DNA of 57,828 nucleotides, filler included, from Sphacelaria rigidula (lineage: Eukaryota): the NCBI GenBank assembly GCA_964200075.2. It is 9 parts of 9 records of this genome, joined end to end, with 100 filler letters (N's around TTAATTAATTAA, not from the genome) between each part and the next. Parts side by side here need not be neighbours in the genome. Positions count along the whole stretch, not along the records: positions 25,749 to 32,084 come from CAXNAA020020698.1; positions 32,185 to 38,520 come from CAXNAA020020699.1; positions 38,621 to 44,956 come from CAXNAA020020700.1; 6 more parts are not named here. One strand, written 5' to 3'. The notes beneath the pieces are model-generated. The model worked only from the letters and a program-made list of their open reading frames with translations. It was not told the DNA's origin and did no database searches. Shown in pieces: positions 25,749 to 39,639 of the stretch (positions within the stretch are counted from its first letter, which is position 1; the number at the start of each line of letters is the position of its first letter). The position numbers and the translations under genes were made by a program.

Positions 25749-28275
25749 CTATCAGAGTAAGGAGAGAGGCCCACGCGAGATGAATGTCGAGCAAAAGTAC
25801 GGTAGGATGGGAGGAGTATACTGGAGCTCGAAAGGGAGTGAAATATATGGAACAGGAGAAAAAGAAGGAAGTATGGGAAGACGTGGAAAAAAACAAATGA
25901 AGATTTTGGATGGCGGGATGGAACAAATGTGGGCAGGGATGAGAGTGAATATGGGAAACCCGGCAAGAAAAATAGACACGGGATAGCCACACCATGGGCA
26001 CAGAACGGTAAAATGGTCAGCAGTTCGAGGGGGAAGAGAGAAGTGCTAGTCGAGCACTACCGTAAACTACGAACACCAAAACTAAGACGAAGTTCGACAA
26101 GGAAATTCGAAAAAAAGATCAACGAGTGGGCAGAAGCAAATGTAGAGACGTCAAAACGGGGGGATAGTGGCTCGAAAGAATCGCAGAGAGAGTTTACCTG
26201 AGATGAAGTGAAGGAGTGCGTAGCTAAACTCATGAACAGAAATGCAGCGGGGGCAGACGGAATAGTGAATATATTTCTGAAGCATGGGAGGGAAGGAATG
26301 ATTACTGTGATGGGTCTGCTGTACAACTGGATATGGGGAAACAAGTACACGCCCGAGAGGTGGAGAGAAGGAGTAGTAGTCAACTTTTTCAAAAAAAGGA
26401 GACCAGGCTGATCCAGGGAACCATAGAGGGATAACGCTACTGAGCACGGTAGGGTAAACGTTCTGTAAAATTCTGAATGATGGAGTAGGAACGTTGCTGG
26501 AAAAGGACGAAAACATCAGCGAGGGATAAGCAGGTTTCAGACCAAACAGTAGTTGCGTAGACCATGTGTACATACTAGGTAAGATTATTCAAGGTAGGAA
26601 ACACGCCGGATTGACAACGTACTGTTTCTTTCTGGGCGTGCAAAAGGCTTATGACACAGTATGGAGAAATGGGTTATGGAAAACGTTGTGGGAAACTGGG
26701 ATCAGAGGAAAGATGTGGAGAATGGTAAAGAAGATGACGGAATGTGCCAAAAGTGCCATGATGCTAGACGGGGGACTATCGAAATTGTTTTATATTTTAC
26801 AAGGAATTGCACAAGGATGAACGTTATCACCCACTTTGTTCAAGATATTGATTATTAATGATCTGATAATAGCGATAGAACAGCAAACCAAGGAATCAAG
26901 GTGGGTGAAGATGTGATATCAGGTTTGATATTCGCCGTTGATTTTGTGAGGGTTTCAGGAACACCAGAAGGGTTGCAAAAACAAACAGGAAAGGCTCTAA
27001 AATACACTACGGAATGGAAAGTGGCAGCAAATGTTGACAAATGCGCGATACTCGCCTTTAACGAAGATAAGAAAATCCGGTAGAGTTCAAGTGGAAGGGG
27101 GGAGAAGAGGAGCTGCCGATTGTGGACCAGTAAACATGCCTTGGCGTAGAGATCTCAAAACCCTGTTCTTGGGATGCACAGATAAGTAATGTAATAAAAA
27201 AGGGTAAGGCACAGATAGGAATGATGAACGTGGTCCTCAGAGACTCGCATCTGGACAGTAAGGTAAAGATATGTATCCTGATGAACGTGATCGTACCAAA
27301 GCTGAAATATGCAGGAGAATTACGGGAAGGGAACGTGAAGTTGGTGGAGAAATTGAAAACGGTACCGATGGCGGCAGCTAAGCAGATACTTGGATGCTCG
27401 AAAACGACGAGTAATACAGCACTGAGAGCAGAGTTGGGAATGTACTTACTTAAAACAAACAGGGACATGAGGAAATTGAGGTGGCAATATAGCGTAAAGA
27501 ACGTGCAGAGAAAGAGGTTGTCGACTATTATTGATAGGGCTGTATGGAAGAAAAGTACAAAGGGCTATGCTGAAAAAGGTGGGATAAAGCAGTCGAGAAA
27601 GCATCGAAGCAGATAGGAGGAAACCAAGACGAAATATTGTCCATAGGTGGAGGCGCGGGGTACAAGACAAAAGTAAGAGACATAATAGAAATGAGGGGGA
27701 AAGGAGCGCTCAGACGCAACGTAGACGAGGAAGAACACCTGAAGATATACGAGTGGTTGAAAGAGGGGATCGGGATGAAAACATATCTTCATGGCCCCAT
27801 GGACGCGGCGAACAAATTGAAACTGCGACTTCGGGTGGGGGACCTGAACCTGCCAGAAAGAAGAAATATACCAGCAGTCGTGTGGAGGAGGAAGTTGATG
27901 GACCGAATCGTCGCTGTGGCGAAGTAATAGAGAGTAGAACTCATATAGTGGCAGAGTGTGAACTACACAAGGAGGAACGGGACGTGCTAGAGGGAAAAAT
28001 ACGGGACGTGAACGAAGGGGGCATTAAATCGTTCGATGCATGAGACAGTAGGGAGGAAACGATGGCTACACAAAGGGATAGATGGTGGTCAGAGACGGCG
28101 AAACAGGACGGGGATAATATATGTAAAATGCGTTTGTGTAATGTATGGAAGAAACGTAATGAGTGCCGGAATGTTGGAGGTGTCTCTATCAGGAGTAGGA
28201 ACGGTGCTCCATCTCGAAAGGGATGCGTGGTCAATGGTCAGCCGACTAAGGCAAGCAACAAAATAGTGAGCCCTG
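25749..28275 (+). mobile_element. Decayed non-LTR retrotransposon (LINE) ORF2: RT plus C-terminal CCHC-like region, through to the 3' end
   Basis: Motifs in order across stops and frameshifts: AAGADGI, WREGVVVNFFKK, PGNHRGITLLS, *AGFRPNSSCVDH, FLGVQKAYDTVWR, QGIAQG*TLSPTLF, FAVD (for FADD), LGV, CGEVIESRTHIVAEC. Ends GCVVNGQPTKASNK then a C-rich tail. Confidence 0.93.
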
Positions 28276-31199
28276 CACCCCTCACAAACTCGAATTTGCG
28301 ACATTTGGGCGTACGTATCCCGAAATATTCGTTTGACAGACGCTTGCTGCAACCCACAACATTAGTCAATGTATGTTGCAAAGTCCCATACATTACCGTA
28401 TGTACCTACCTTATGCCGACATTTGGAAAAACGTAAGTTGTACCGGGCATTGGGCGGACAATACTATTTCTTCAATGATATTTGTGCATGATCCGTAGAT
28501 TCCGAACGACGAAGTCTTGAAGTCTATATGGTATATAACCAGCGCTGGCAAAAGAAATCATGGGGATCGCTGTGGGGTCGACTGACTGACTTGTAGTTGA
28601 AATGGTGTCACCAACGCGTGAATGTGTGTCATGTCACCCGTCGATGGATGATCGGGGGGATGCATGCGCCATAACTGTTGCGGCAGTCACTGCGTGAAGC
28701 TGTATTGAACTGACCGTTAGGTGCTGTATACACAAAGCACGTGAAGCCACGGGCTCACTGGGTCGGAGGTTAGGACTGGTATCGAAGGTTTTGCGAGTCT
28801 GCCTATCTGCCTGCCAAGAAACATGCCGTTATTGAACAATTGAGCCATTCATCGATAGAGGTAGGGCGTGTTACAGCAGCATCCTCACCACGCCATTTTC
28901 CCATGCCGTATCTTCGGAGTAAACGGGTTGTTCCGTGGACCAAGCTCGCACAAAGGTATCATATAGATGCGCTCAGTCGAGTGGAAGGACAAAATGTTGT
29001 CTCAGCTGACACGTCGTGTGCTTATCTTTGTCGACAACAGGCGCTGGTGAAAACGCTCCTTGCCCCATTTCGCGAAAAAAAAAAGACGAGATTTGACCGC
29101 CCCCTGTCGTTGGCCGCCTGAACTGGCCGCCCCCATCATCTATCTCCCTGAGCCACCACCCACCACCCCAAATACCTCCCGACTGAATCAGTCACCTGTT
29201 CACTTTCCGCTCGAAATTTGAAAGATTTGGTAGCTTTGTTTCCGCTCGTACTGCAGTATAATTGCGTACGCCTGCGACATAACCCCTGGTTTACTAGCGG
29301 TCACACGGGATTGTGTGTCATGGCACCGAGGGCTTTAATTAGGCTCACAAACCGAAGACGACAATGACTCGCCAAACACGGGTTCAAAAACTTGGCTCAC
29401 TGTTGCCCACCATGGTTCACGCGATAAATACAAACCACATTTCTTACAAAACCGCGAGTAAAATACTACGATGGGATCTAGCTCAGACCTTGTTCCAAAG
29501 CCTCGCACGAGAGACATATTTTCGTAAAATCCAATGCATAGGAATTGGTATAGCGCCAATATTCCAGCTCCATTTTTCACACCCGAGTCGTTCCTTACCC
29601 CGAAACGTTTCGCCGGGTAGTAAAATCACGCCGCTCAGTCGGCATCGGCTAGCATAAGCTATCAGAAAAAGTCTTCTCTCTCCCTTGAGTTCGGCAAACT
29701 CCAACCAATCCCGACGGCCCTCACCTTGACCTCCTTTCACCATAACCACCACAGGTGACTCTTTGCGAAGGATGGCACTTCGATGTGACGCGCGTGCGCA
29801 GGGGTTAGACCGGGGCTGAGTTGGAAGGGTGGTCCATCGACCATCATTGCCACATACCGCTGGACGACTGTCGAAGACACGTCATTCGACGTCACGAGTC
29901 TCCGTCGTATCTTATACTTTAGAGATCCTTGGCGTTCGCTTTGACGTATAACTTTTTGTGCGTTTGGTCTCACGAAGAATACCGATCGTAGGGGGTGTTG
30001 ATACTGCGAGCAACAGCAGCGTAAATTTCTTGATGGTTGACACAAGTGGCCATCAGTGTGTTGCATTGGGTGTTTAGATGTGATTCTTCATGTGATGGCT
30101 GGTATATGTTATTTCGCGGTGGGTGGGTGGGTGGGAGGGGGGCGGGGAGGGGAGGGGTAGTACGCTCTCCAACGTAGAAATAGTCCTTGCAGAACAATAT
30201 TGGTATTGAACGTTTACGCGGGCCTTCGCACGCTGCAGAGTAGGCAAGACGTACATTAGTTTAGCGCTGTCGGTAACGGTTAGCTCAAAGAGCAGACGAT
30301 ACCAGCGCAACAAACCGGAAGATGTGTTCAAAGTGCGGCTTGGTTAGTTGGAAGCAGAGTATTTTTATGGGCAGCGTCAACCATACGTAGGGCGTCGATT
30401 TTTGTAGTGCGGAAGGGAGTAGCTGTATCCGAGTATTTATGTAAGGCCGGTGTCTCTGCCATAATACTACTGTTGATAGTGTTGTTTAGTGTGCAGTCCT
30501 TTCGAATGGTAGACGGTTCGGACCGGGCGCTGTGCCCTTCGCCACTGCATCGACGGTTCGGACCGGGCGGAGATGCGGATTGCACCCAAATTGTTGTTTG
30601 CTGTCGCCAATTCACCGATGTCTTGACATATCATCTGAGGAACGTTTAACGTCGTCGAAAGTCACGGAACCACAGTATCAGAGGAACTTCTGAACGTGAG
30701 TGTATCCTTTTAGCCATCGTGTCCACGTGAGCAGACGGCTTTTCCGCGAACTCATCTTCACTCATTTCGGGAGCGTATGAGGGCATGGAGCCCGAGGACG
30801 GATCGCTTTTCAGCTCGCAGCCGAGGTGAACATTATTTTTAGATGCAAAAGGTATTGCTACATTGTGTAGGACTCCGCGTGCGTCTGAGCTTTTGTTTTT
30901 TCAAATATCGCCCAGTTTCTAAGACTCTCGTCATTTTTTAGCGGACCTAATCTGTTTCTGCGCACGACTGATCAGAACTGATGCAGTCACTACCGGGAAC
31001 CTCACTTTTCACAGCGTTCGAAACACGGACGCCCATTATGAATGGGCCCTTGATTATCTCCTGTCTATCTAACTTCCTTTGCCGTAAGGGCCTGCTTGTA
31101 TTTCCGATCCCTCGCGCTCTGCAACCTGCTGTAGCGAACGGCGGGAAAATATCGGTCGGCCCGGAAGTAGCCACTCCACGTCCCTATTCCTAGGGGTAG

Positions 31200-31660
31200 A
31201 ATTATGATCTTGCATGCCGTAGTCATGAGATCATTGACCTCGCACCCGACAGAAGCCAGGAAGGAGTACACCGGGTTTTCGCCGGACAAGGCTCGCAATC
31301 ACCAAGCGCCAAGCGCCATCATGTGTTTGGCGAGTCGCATTAGGGGTGACCTGCACCCTGCCAAGCTTGTTGAGTCCGAAGCGTACATTGTCTGCCATAT
31401 TGATGACAGCCTCGGAGGAGTTGCTTCAATTCCTGCTAACTCCACTTCTAGAGACAGTCACGAGTTACATTGCCGCATGGGTGTCCCACCACTTCAACAC
31501 TGTGTAGTACGAGAAACCCCTTTGCGCAGACTTCAGTATCTCCACCCGTCACACTAAGATCTAACTCCGCCACCATCACAGTTACCAAAAAAACGCGAGC
31601 GAGATAAACGTAGCCTGGTTACCTAGCTTACCTAGTGGATGATATATTTCACAGCGTCGT
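31200..31660 (-). mobile_element. Diverged copy of non-autonomous repeat A
   Basis: Colinear with 36367-36850 (ctgcaccctgccaag.ttgtt..g.ccgaagcgtac, gacagcctcg, gttaca.tgcc..atgggtgtc, cctagcttac). A further tail copy is at 32025-32084. Confidence 0.8.
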
Positions 31661-32432
31661 TGTAAACCGACGCCACCCTTGACATGGGCCATATTCCTGT
31701 GGGGGGGAAGGATTGTGCTGAAAGAAATATCAAAAAGCTTATGTTAACGTCCGCGGCGCCGCGACCGTTGCTGGAGTAAGAAGTGACGGCCGCCCATTTC
31801 GACGGTTCTTTGAGAGGCCAAGTTCCCCGGTGTCGTCTCTCTGAGCTTCGCAGTTTTTCCATAGCTTTGTCGGGTACTCGGGACCAGCACTGTAGCGCTT
31901 GGTGAGCCTACCTTGATTGCCCCCTCGGTACCGTCGCGTTTGTCTGGTGGACTGGTCATGGCTCTACCGTCATGGCGAAACGGCGGCCGAAAGATCCTTC
32001 GGCGCCCTGTTTACGACGTGGGAAGGGGTGTACTCATGATCATGCATGCCATAGCCATCAGACCATTGACCTCGCATCCCTACANNNNNNNNNNNNNNNN
32101 NNNNNNNNNNNNNNNNNNNNNNNNNNNNTTAATTAATTAANNNNNNNNNNNNNNNNNNNNNNNNNNNNNNNNNNNNNNNNNNNNCTCCACAGGTTACTTT
32201 TTCCGAATAAGAGCTTGCCCTCGGTACTTCTGCTACAAATAGGTCTCAAGTCGGGGTGCCCACTTGAGCCTCAATTCAGAGTTAAACCTCGATTCGCACA
32301 ATTTGCTGTTTTGGGGGGAACAGAACGCTAGAAATCCCCCGAAATAGTTTTAGGGAGGTCGGGAGGGATGGGGTGGTCCATACGAAAGCCATGCGTTTGT
32401 CTTGAATTTTGTTCAGGGAAAGCACGGCTTTT

Positions 32433-33823
32433 GAGTTGAACCTCCTTTTTTTTTCAACCTCATTTTCGAGAATCGGCTGTTAATTTGTAAGATCGTGTGT
32501 TTACAGCACAAGAGACAACGCATGAGTGTGTTTGTGCTGCAGCACAGTGATACAATACATGTCCCATGCGGCAGTTCTACCCCTTACTTCGGAGGGACTC
32601 GATTTTAGCCGAATGGTGGTTTATAAACGCTGAGCCATAATTGCAATTTTCACGCGAAGCGCGATCATGGCCAAGCGGTCAAAAATTGGCACTCAGCAAA
32701 AAATGAGGACCCGTCTGAAATGGAGGGAAGAGTTATTACATGGGACATCAAGGCAAAGAGCTCCTGTCATCAAACGCTTGAGATAGAGCAGCTCCATGCT
32801 GGTTCAGTTTGTTCGCCCCAGCGTGCACGCGTCCGCCTTGCGTGTCTTCTACAATCCCATCACTTGACTATAATAGCTGAAGTACGGACGGAGACGCAAC
32901 ATACAGCTGCACAGTGGTGACGTGATCGCTTCATCGTTCCACCTTCATGTACAGATAGTAGCGAGTGTACATCACTTTGATCTCACCCCACTTTTGTGCT
33001 TACCGGAACACCGCATGCAGCACTACAACTGTTCAGACCCTCTCCAGCGCACATCACACCATGTTCGTCGTAAAGTGTTCAAATGCACAACAGCACAGCG
33101 ACAACTACAGTATAGAAATGATGGGTGTGGGAAGCGCCCTGTCCGGTTTTTTTTCCTCTAAACCCCTCCCTTCCTCGGGGTGAGTCAGTGGTCTCGAGGG
33201 ATCAACCCATCTCTCCCCCGGTACCCGCCTTTCATTTTGGTCTCGCGGATTGGGTTGGCACTCACGCACCGCGTCAACTCCTGTCACACAAACCCAGTCG
33301 ACTACTTCTACTCACGTTCTCACGCTTTCCACGGTGGAAATCATACATGACGAAGAAAAATCCAAACGCATCGGGGATCGAACCCCCGTTTTCTCCACCC
33401 CAATGGGGACAATCGGACCATTACATCACCGGGGCGCGTGTACGTTGCAACAAGAGAACCTGATGCATACTGTATACAGTCCGTATTCAGGTTCCAAAGC
33501 TGATGCATACTCGCTAACGCATAATGTGTACAGTCCGTGTTCAGGTTAAAAAAAACACTGCAGAATTGTGTTGTGTTCAGTGTAGTACCCTATACTTCAT
33601 ATAATTGGGTCACGTTTTGGACAGTTTCTCGAAGAGTTCTGCTTATTTTTTTTCAAGTATTCTGAAAAAAACGAGACAGTCTGTCACAGAAATCCAACGC
33701 CGAATTTGGGATGGCCTGAGACAACAACCAATTTGAGAATTGGAATAGTAGTGTTTGTTACAAAAAAATGTAAGAACAGCCCATCACGAAAATGGGGTCC
33801 AACACTAAAATTAGGTTCAACTC
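32433..33823. mobile_element. Possible degenerate TIR element hosting a SINE
   Basis: Left end gagttgaacct...cattttcgagaatcggctgtt resembles the reverse complement of the right end aacagcccatcacgaaaatgggg...aggttcaactc. Confidence 0.4.
33147..33437 (-). mobile_element. tRNA-derived SINE family 2, full length
   Basis: Minus-strand head gcgccccggtgatgtaatggtc (A box) and ggttcgatcccc (B box), A-rich tail; colinear with 48948-49266. Confidence 0.8.
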
Positions 33824-34720
33824 GACTTCGAAAATTCGAGAATATGTGACAAAGAGTATGACCACGGGAGAGTTTTCTCGCAACTAAAGTTTCTGTTGAA
33901 TTTGCACCGGTGTGGCTAGGTGCACCAAACGAATGCCGTGCATAGGCGTGTCGATAACGATATCACCAGAGGTGCAACGGCGGAGAGGAAGCTCCTCGTC
34001 GATGTCCCCTGTGCGTCCTCGCTCGGCGATTCCCAATCGCTCCAGAGATTGGCATCATGTTTTAGTACCAGCACATACCCAAGTTACCATGTGTCGGCAG
34101 GTGGGCAGGTTATTGTAGCACAGCCCCGGAAACAAGATCGAGATGCCCCGGTTGTCGCCTCCTGTCTGTGGCGATGACCAATGTAAGCACCGATTCTTCT
34201 CTGCCTCTCAGCTTGGACAGGACGTGCCTCTGTGCGCAGTAGAACGCATCTAAAAGCAGGGCAATGTTCCCGTCACCGCTACTGTTCTCTCGCACACACA
34301 TGCGAGCAAGGACGGTTGCGCCGTCCCAACAAGATCTAATAATCGCAAGAAGGCGGGTGTTGTTTTAGTCGTTGATTATACCCGACGTCTGCAAACAAGA
34401 CTCTCGTCACAAGAGTCTACTTCACCCCAGTTGGGGGCAGAGATGCATAAGAGATCAATCGTGTACACCTTCTTGGTATGCGAAGTGAAAAAAGATACCT
34501 CGTGCAGGTGACTGAACTCTTGCGGGCGTGACCAAGGTAGGGGCTGGCATCCTGTACTCTAAGGTCCTCCGTTGTACAACTGGTCGCATGCTGAAGGGGG
34601 GGGGGGGGGGGGGGGGGGGTGTCTGTCGCAAAATTTGTTATAGGGGAGGGGTCATCCTAAGCGGGGGCGATATATCGGTGGGAAAAAAAGGGTCCTACGA
34701 NNNNNNNNNNGGTGGTGGGT

Positions 34721-34767
<47 letters not shown>

Positions 34768-36299
34768 GTCGGTGTCTGTCGCAATATTTGTTACATGTGA
34801 GGAGTCATCCTAAGCTGGGGCGATATATCGGTAGGAACAAAGGTGTCCTACGATCAACCACCTGCTATTACATTCGTGACCTTGTGACCTGCTATTGCAT
34901 TCGTGACCCGCACCATTAAGCGCTGACCAGGAAGATCTTGCCAGAGGATAGCTTTCGAGCAACGACTGTAGTCAGCAGTAGGTCAATCCCAGAAGATAAC
35001 TGAAATTTCGTTGCTGCATGTACTGACTGCCTGTAGCAATTCGATCGCACAGCCTCGTGAGGGAGAAGGGTCATCATATTCAGATTTTATTCCATAATAT
35101 ATGCCAACTATCGGTACCGGTCATGTGATCACATTTCATCGTTGTCCGGCTGAAATGACCAACCCGTCGGACAACACCCATTGTCCCGCTGAGAATACTC
35201 TGGGAGCGGATACGTCGATACGGGAAAGGGGATGGGGAAAGGAAGAGGTCAAACAGCAGTAGGGTTTGGTGAAAAAGTTCCACAGATGCCTCCCGCGTGC
35301 TCAAGGGCATCGCTATTCGCGTGTGACTGCCCACGTAACTGGCCAGAACGGCAGGTAACACCCGCGCCCATCGGGTCCGAGAACGGCTACAGCAACTTCA
35401 TCTCCGGGTAGGAAGATACCGTGGGTCGAAGGAAAGTACTTCATTGTTCACAAGCTTGGAAACCGAGCCACGTTTTCTCCTCTCGATAATAGCTGATAAT
35501 TAAGGTGAGAAATAGAGTATATCTACATCCGTCCGGAGCGATGATGCTGCTTTCCCGTATGCTCGAATCCTCCAACCCTGAGGGGCGCAGACCGGAAGCT
35601 GTATCTAGCGCATTACGGTGAGCAGAGCCTTGGAGCATTGCCGCAGTTTTTCTTCCGATCGCCCTGTGGGGACACACGATGAAAAAGCAAATAAACAAGC
35701 AAACACAAACCAACAAACGGCGAAGGGAGAACGGGGGTGGAGGACTCAAGGCTATCGCGGGTATAAGAACAAGACACATGTGACAAAGTACAACCCCAGT
35801 CAGGCTGAACAACCAGTAGCCCAAAGCGTTTACTTTTCGTCAAACCCCCCCCAGACCGGTGCAGAATAGCGCCAGCACTACAGCCATATTACGCGAAACT
35901 TACAAGGCTAAAAGTACCAGTCATGTTGAGTATCGCACGTTCTAAAAATAATGAAGCTGATACAACAAGCGTAGGCACCGTGATTTGGTTTGTATATCGT
36001 TGGAATATATTCCATAAGGACGGCCACAACTTCAAAACACAACGAACGATAAACAAAAAAAAGGCAACCATGAACACAGTGTACAACGTGACGAAAGTAC
36101 GGACGGAAAAAAATGCCAACACTTGTAGACGAGAAATCCACAACTACTGCAGCAAACTATGTTGAACACAACAACGAGGTTACCACACACCTTCTTGTGC
36201 CGAAGAGATTGCCGCCGCTAGATCCAAATCTTTGGCGATCTCCAGGCAAGTCGGACCGGACTTTTCCACCGAGGATGTGACGAGGAACGGAGAGCGACC

Positions 36300-36930
36300 A
36301 GGGGGGGGGGGGGCGTACTCATTTGTTGCTTGCCTTAGTCATTTGACCATTGACCACGGGGGGAGAGGGGTGTACTCATGATCTTGCATGTCATAGTCAT
36401 CAGAGACCTCGTATTCCTACAAAGCCGGGACGGAGCGCATCGGGTTTTTGCCGGGCTAGGCTCGCCATCATCCACAAAACGCGAAGCGTCGTGATGTGTT
36501 CAGCGAGTCGCAAGAAGGGTGAGCTGCATCCTGCCAAGATTGTTCGGGCCGAAGCGTACTCATTATCTGCATTTGGATGACAGCCTCGAGTGAGTAGCTT
36601 CATTTGTTGGTGTCGCCACTCTCATAGACAGCCACAAGTTACACTGCCTGATGGGTGTCTCACCATCTAAACGCCACGTAGTACGACTACCCTCTTTGCG
36701 GGCAACTAAGGTTCCCCCACCCCGCACATGACGACCTAGCTTGATCACCATATCATGGTTAACACAAAAAAAAACGCAAGCGCGCAAAACAAAAACGGAA
36801 ACCTGGCTGCCTAGCTTACGCAGCAAGTGACGTGTTTCACAGCGTCATCGCAAACGACGCCAACTCCATGGGGGATCCGTCTCTACAAAGCCGGGAAGGA
36901 GCACGCCGGGTATTCGCCAGACCAGGTTAG
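36300..36930 (-). mobile_element. Apparently complete repeat A (~560 bp, ~44-bp motif repeated at both ends) with a LINE tail inserted in its C-tract
   Basis: The motif cctggtc.ggcgaa.acccggcgtgctcc.tcccggctttgtag occurs at 36883-36927 and again at 36417-36460. It is followed by the A tail (36367-36416) and a LINE tail with poly-C (36300-36357). Confidence 0.8.
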
Positions 36931-39639
36931 GGGAAAGGGAGGAAAGGAGTATGAGCGAAAGCTCTCCGAAATCAACACAGTACACACTTACTAGCCCACT
37001 GATGAGATATATCTCGTAGAGGGACACACTTCGCCATGAGAGGGTCATGGGCCAATCATACTCTGGAGCACCATTGAAAATAGGCCGACAGAAGGCATCA
37101 GTAAAAATGGTCTTACAAGCGTCACGGCAATCACATCGTGCAGAACCCACAACATCAGCGAACAGTCCTGCAAAAAGCCAGAGAAATTCGATCACCTCCG
37201 TCAGGTATATATATTTTACTGTTAATTTATATGCATTTGGCCTGACTCACCGTGAGCAACGTTCCCAGGCCCACGAGGAAGCGGTAGAGGACATCATCCG
37301 GGAAACTGGCCGACGAACCCGGAATGGACCCGAGCACCTCCGAATACAGCGCCGTAAGTTGCTGATACGCGTCACTCAGGCCCGGTTGCAACGGCTCCTG
37401 TGCAGAGAAAGTATACAGAAGTAGAGGGCAACAATGAACATTAAACCATCGAAAAAAAGACGAGAACGAACAAACGGCCGAGAAAATAAATAAAAACAAA
37501 AAACGAAAAAACGGCAGACTGCATAGATGAGCCTAGCGAGTCAACGGCGTATTTCGTGGAGTCAAACAACTTCTTTGGAGACGATTCGGGATGGGATGAT
37601 GAAATCAAACAAATTGAGTAACACAGGGATGCACGAAGACACAAAAATCACAACAATGAGAGCACCCTTTGAAAAATTGCTAAAGCATGTCGGGCATTAT
37701 CGGGTATACCCAATATTTTGCTCGTTTGAAAAGTCGCACATGACCTGCCCAAGTCAGTTAGAATTACTTTTATGGGCTATATGGAAGGGGGAAACAGCAC
37801 TGGGCTGGCTCCTGCTGTGGGCATGGGTCGGATCTCCACTTTTCGAAACACAACAATATCGGGTATACCCTGCCCAACCTGCCTTTGACAATATGGGTAT
37901 TTGCGTCGCTTACCTGATGAGCCGCCACAGCAAAATTGAGAAAAAGGGTTGCAAGCGCCAGCCGTACAGTTTTGTTTTCCAATCCGCACCCAGCCTGCAC
38001 GAAGAAAAAAAAGTAGAGGGGGAAACAAGACGAGATTTTTCCAATCACGATGAACGAGAAGGACACGAAGCAGGCATTTTGCGAATGCTGTAGTGATATA
38101 AAGATGTAGACCTTGCGGAGTAACCCATCATAGGAAATTACTCCTTCCCCCCATCCCTCCTTGCACGTTCAAGTAATGGGTACGTCCGAATTTAAAGTGA
38201 AACGAACCAGGGTCGTGATCGACATCTGTCACGCGGGGGACGAGGCGGTAAAGTCGCGTTAGTATATGATCTCTGCGAGAAATAACACAACGTGGTGGGT
38301 GTAGAAATGTCGACACGTTGTGACACTGAACTACTGAACTCTCATATTTCCTTGAGGACCCCCCCCCCCGCCCCCGATGAGGTTGACGTCAGTTGGCGAT
38401 GACGCTATGAAACACGCCTCTCACTGCGTAAGCTAGGCAACCAGGTTCCCGATTTTTTTTGCGCGCTTGCGTTGTTTTTGCGGCAACCATGACGGTGGTC
38501 GAGCTAAATCATGTTGTGCGNNNNNNNNNNNNNNNNNNNNNNNNNNNNNNNNNNNNNNNNNNNNTTAATTAATTAANNNNNNNNNNNNNNNNNNNNNNNN
38601 NNNNNNNNNNNNNNNNNNNNAAGCCGGGACGGAGCACGCCGGGTTCTCGCCGGACCAGGCTGGTTTTGGGGGGGGGCTATCGTAGAAAGTGTCCGCTTGC
38701 GTGGGTGTTACTCGTGTGGGTTCTGCTATGTCGAATTGATTCTAACACGTTCGAGAACCACCACTTATACTGTACTTGACTGCCTTGCACCCGTACATGC
38801 TGGTTGCCTTGCTCAGTATTCGCGAGCGTGGAGTGCTCTTTGGGCTTGGGAACTGAACATAACTGAGCGAGGGTGGGGTTGTGCATTTTGTTCTCTCACA
38901 GTGACCCCTACTATCCTGTGGTGTTGTCATCCGCCACCCCATGATCCTGATCCTATAATTCGTCATCCGCCAACACAAATCTCGGATTTTTTCGAAATTC
39001 CACCATTTTGTACAGATTGGACCCCAGACCTGCACGCAGGTTGAAAAAATACGGGGGGTCTGGAAGTGGTCGTTAGTCCAAGGTCTGTGTAATGCTGCAG
39101 ACATCACGCAACAAGGCAACACAACACCTGCACACCCAGCCCCGAAGAAACACGCACAGACACTCACCACTCACGCGCATTAGTTTGACTACTAGTCTTC
39201 GCTAATCTACACGCGTCAGTCTTTGTTTGACGGAAATCCGTTCTGTATAGGATGAATGGCGGCCGCGTGCGTGTCTATAACAACCGAAAACGGGTCGTTG
39301 CTGACCGTTTTGTAAGCGTGTGCCGCGCGCGCGTCTCACACAAATCATTTCTTAATGAATTCTACACAGATTTGAGCAAGTTCACGCACAAAGTGCACAG
39401 CTGATGAGCAGCGCTTTGTGATTTTTGGTTTGCAGGGCCATCAAGTTCCTCAGGTTCAGCTCTGATTGTGTTTGGTTGTGTGGTAAGCCTTTGAATTTGC
39501 CCCTGTCAACGGGACATGTATGTTACCCTTCGAGGTGCACAGAAATCCGCTTCGCAAGAGGGGATTTCTGTGCACCTTGAGGGCATTTTTTCGGGGGGTG
39601 GTATCGCAGCGACAAATCAGCGGTCGTTTTTCAAAAAGG

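Noticed and set aside
34590..34860. Tandem duplication with long G-runs (similar C-run region at 11290-11470) as a G-quadruplex locus
   Set aside because: The copies flank a 10-N gap and the first looks like an error-rich version of the second, typical of read decay after homopolymers.
37050..37510. Possible 3' end of another LINE with an A-rich tail
   Set aside because: Only a vague E.VE.II resemblance to a zinc-knuckle region with no cysteines retained; too weak to call.
38373..38420. Hammerhead-like core (cgatga...gaaac) in repeat A
   Set aside because: Lacks the invariant CUGAnGA and I could not build the three stems.
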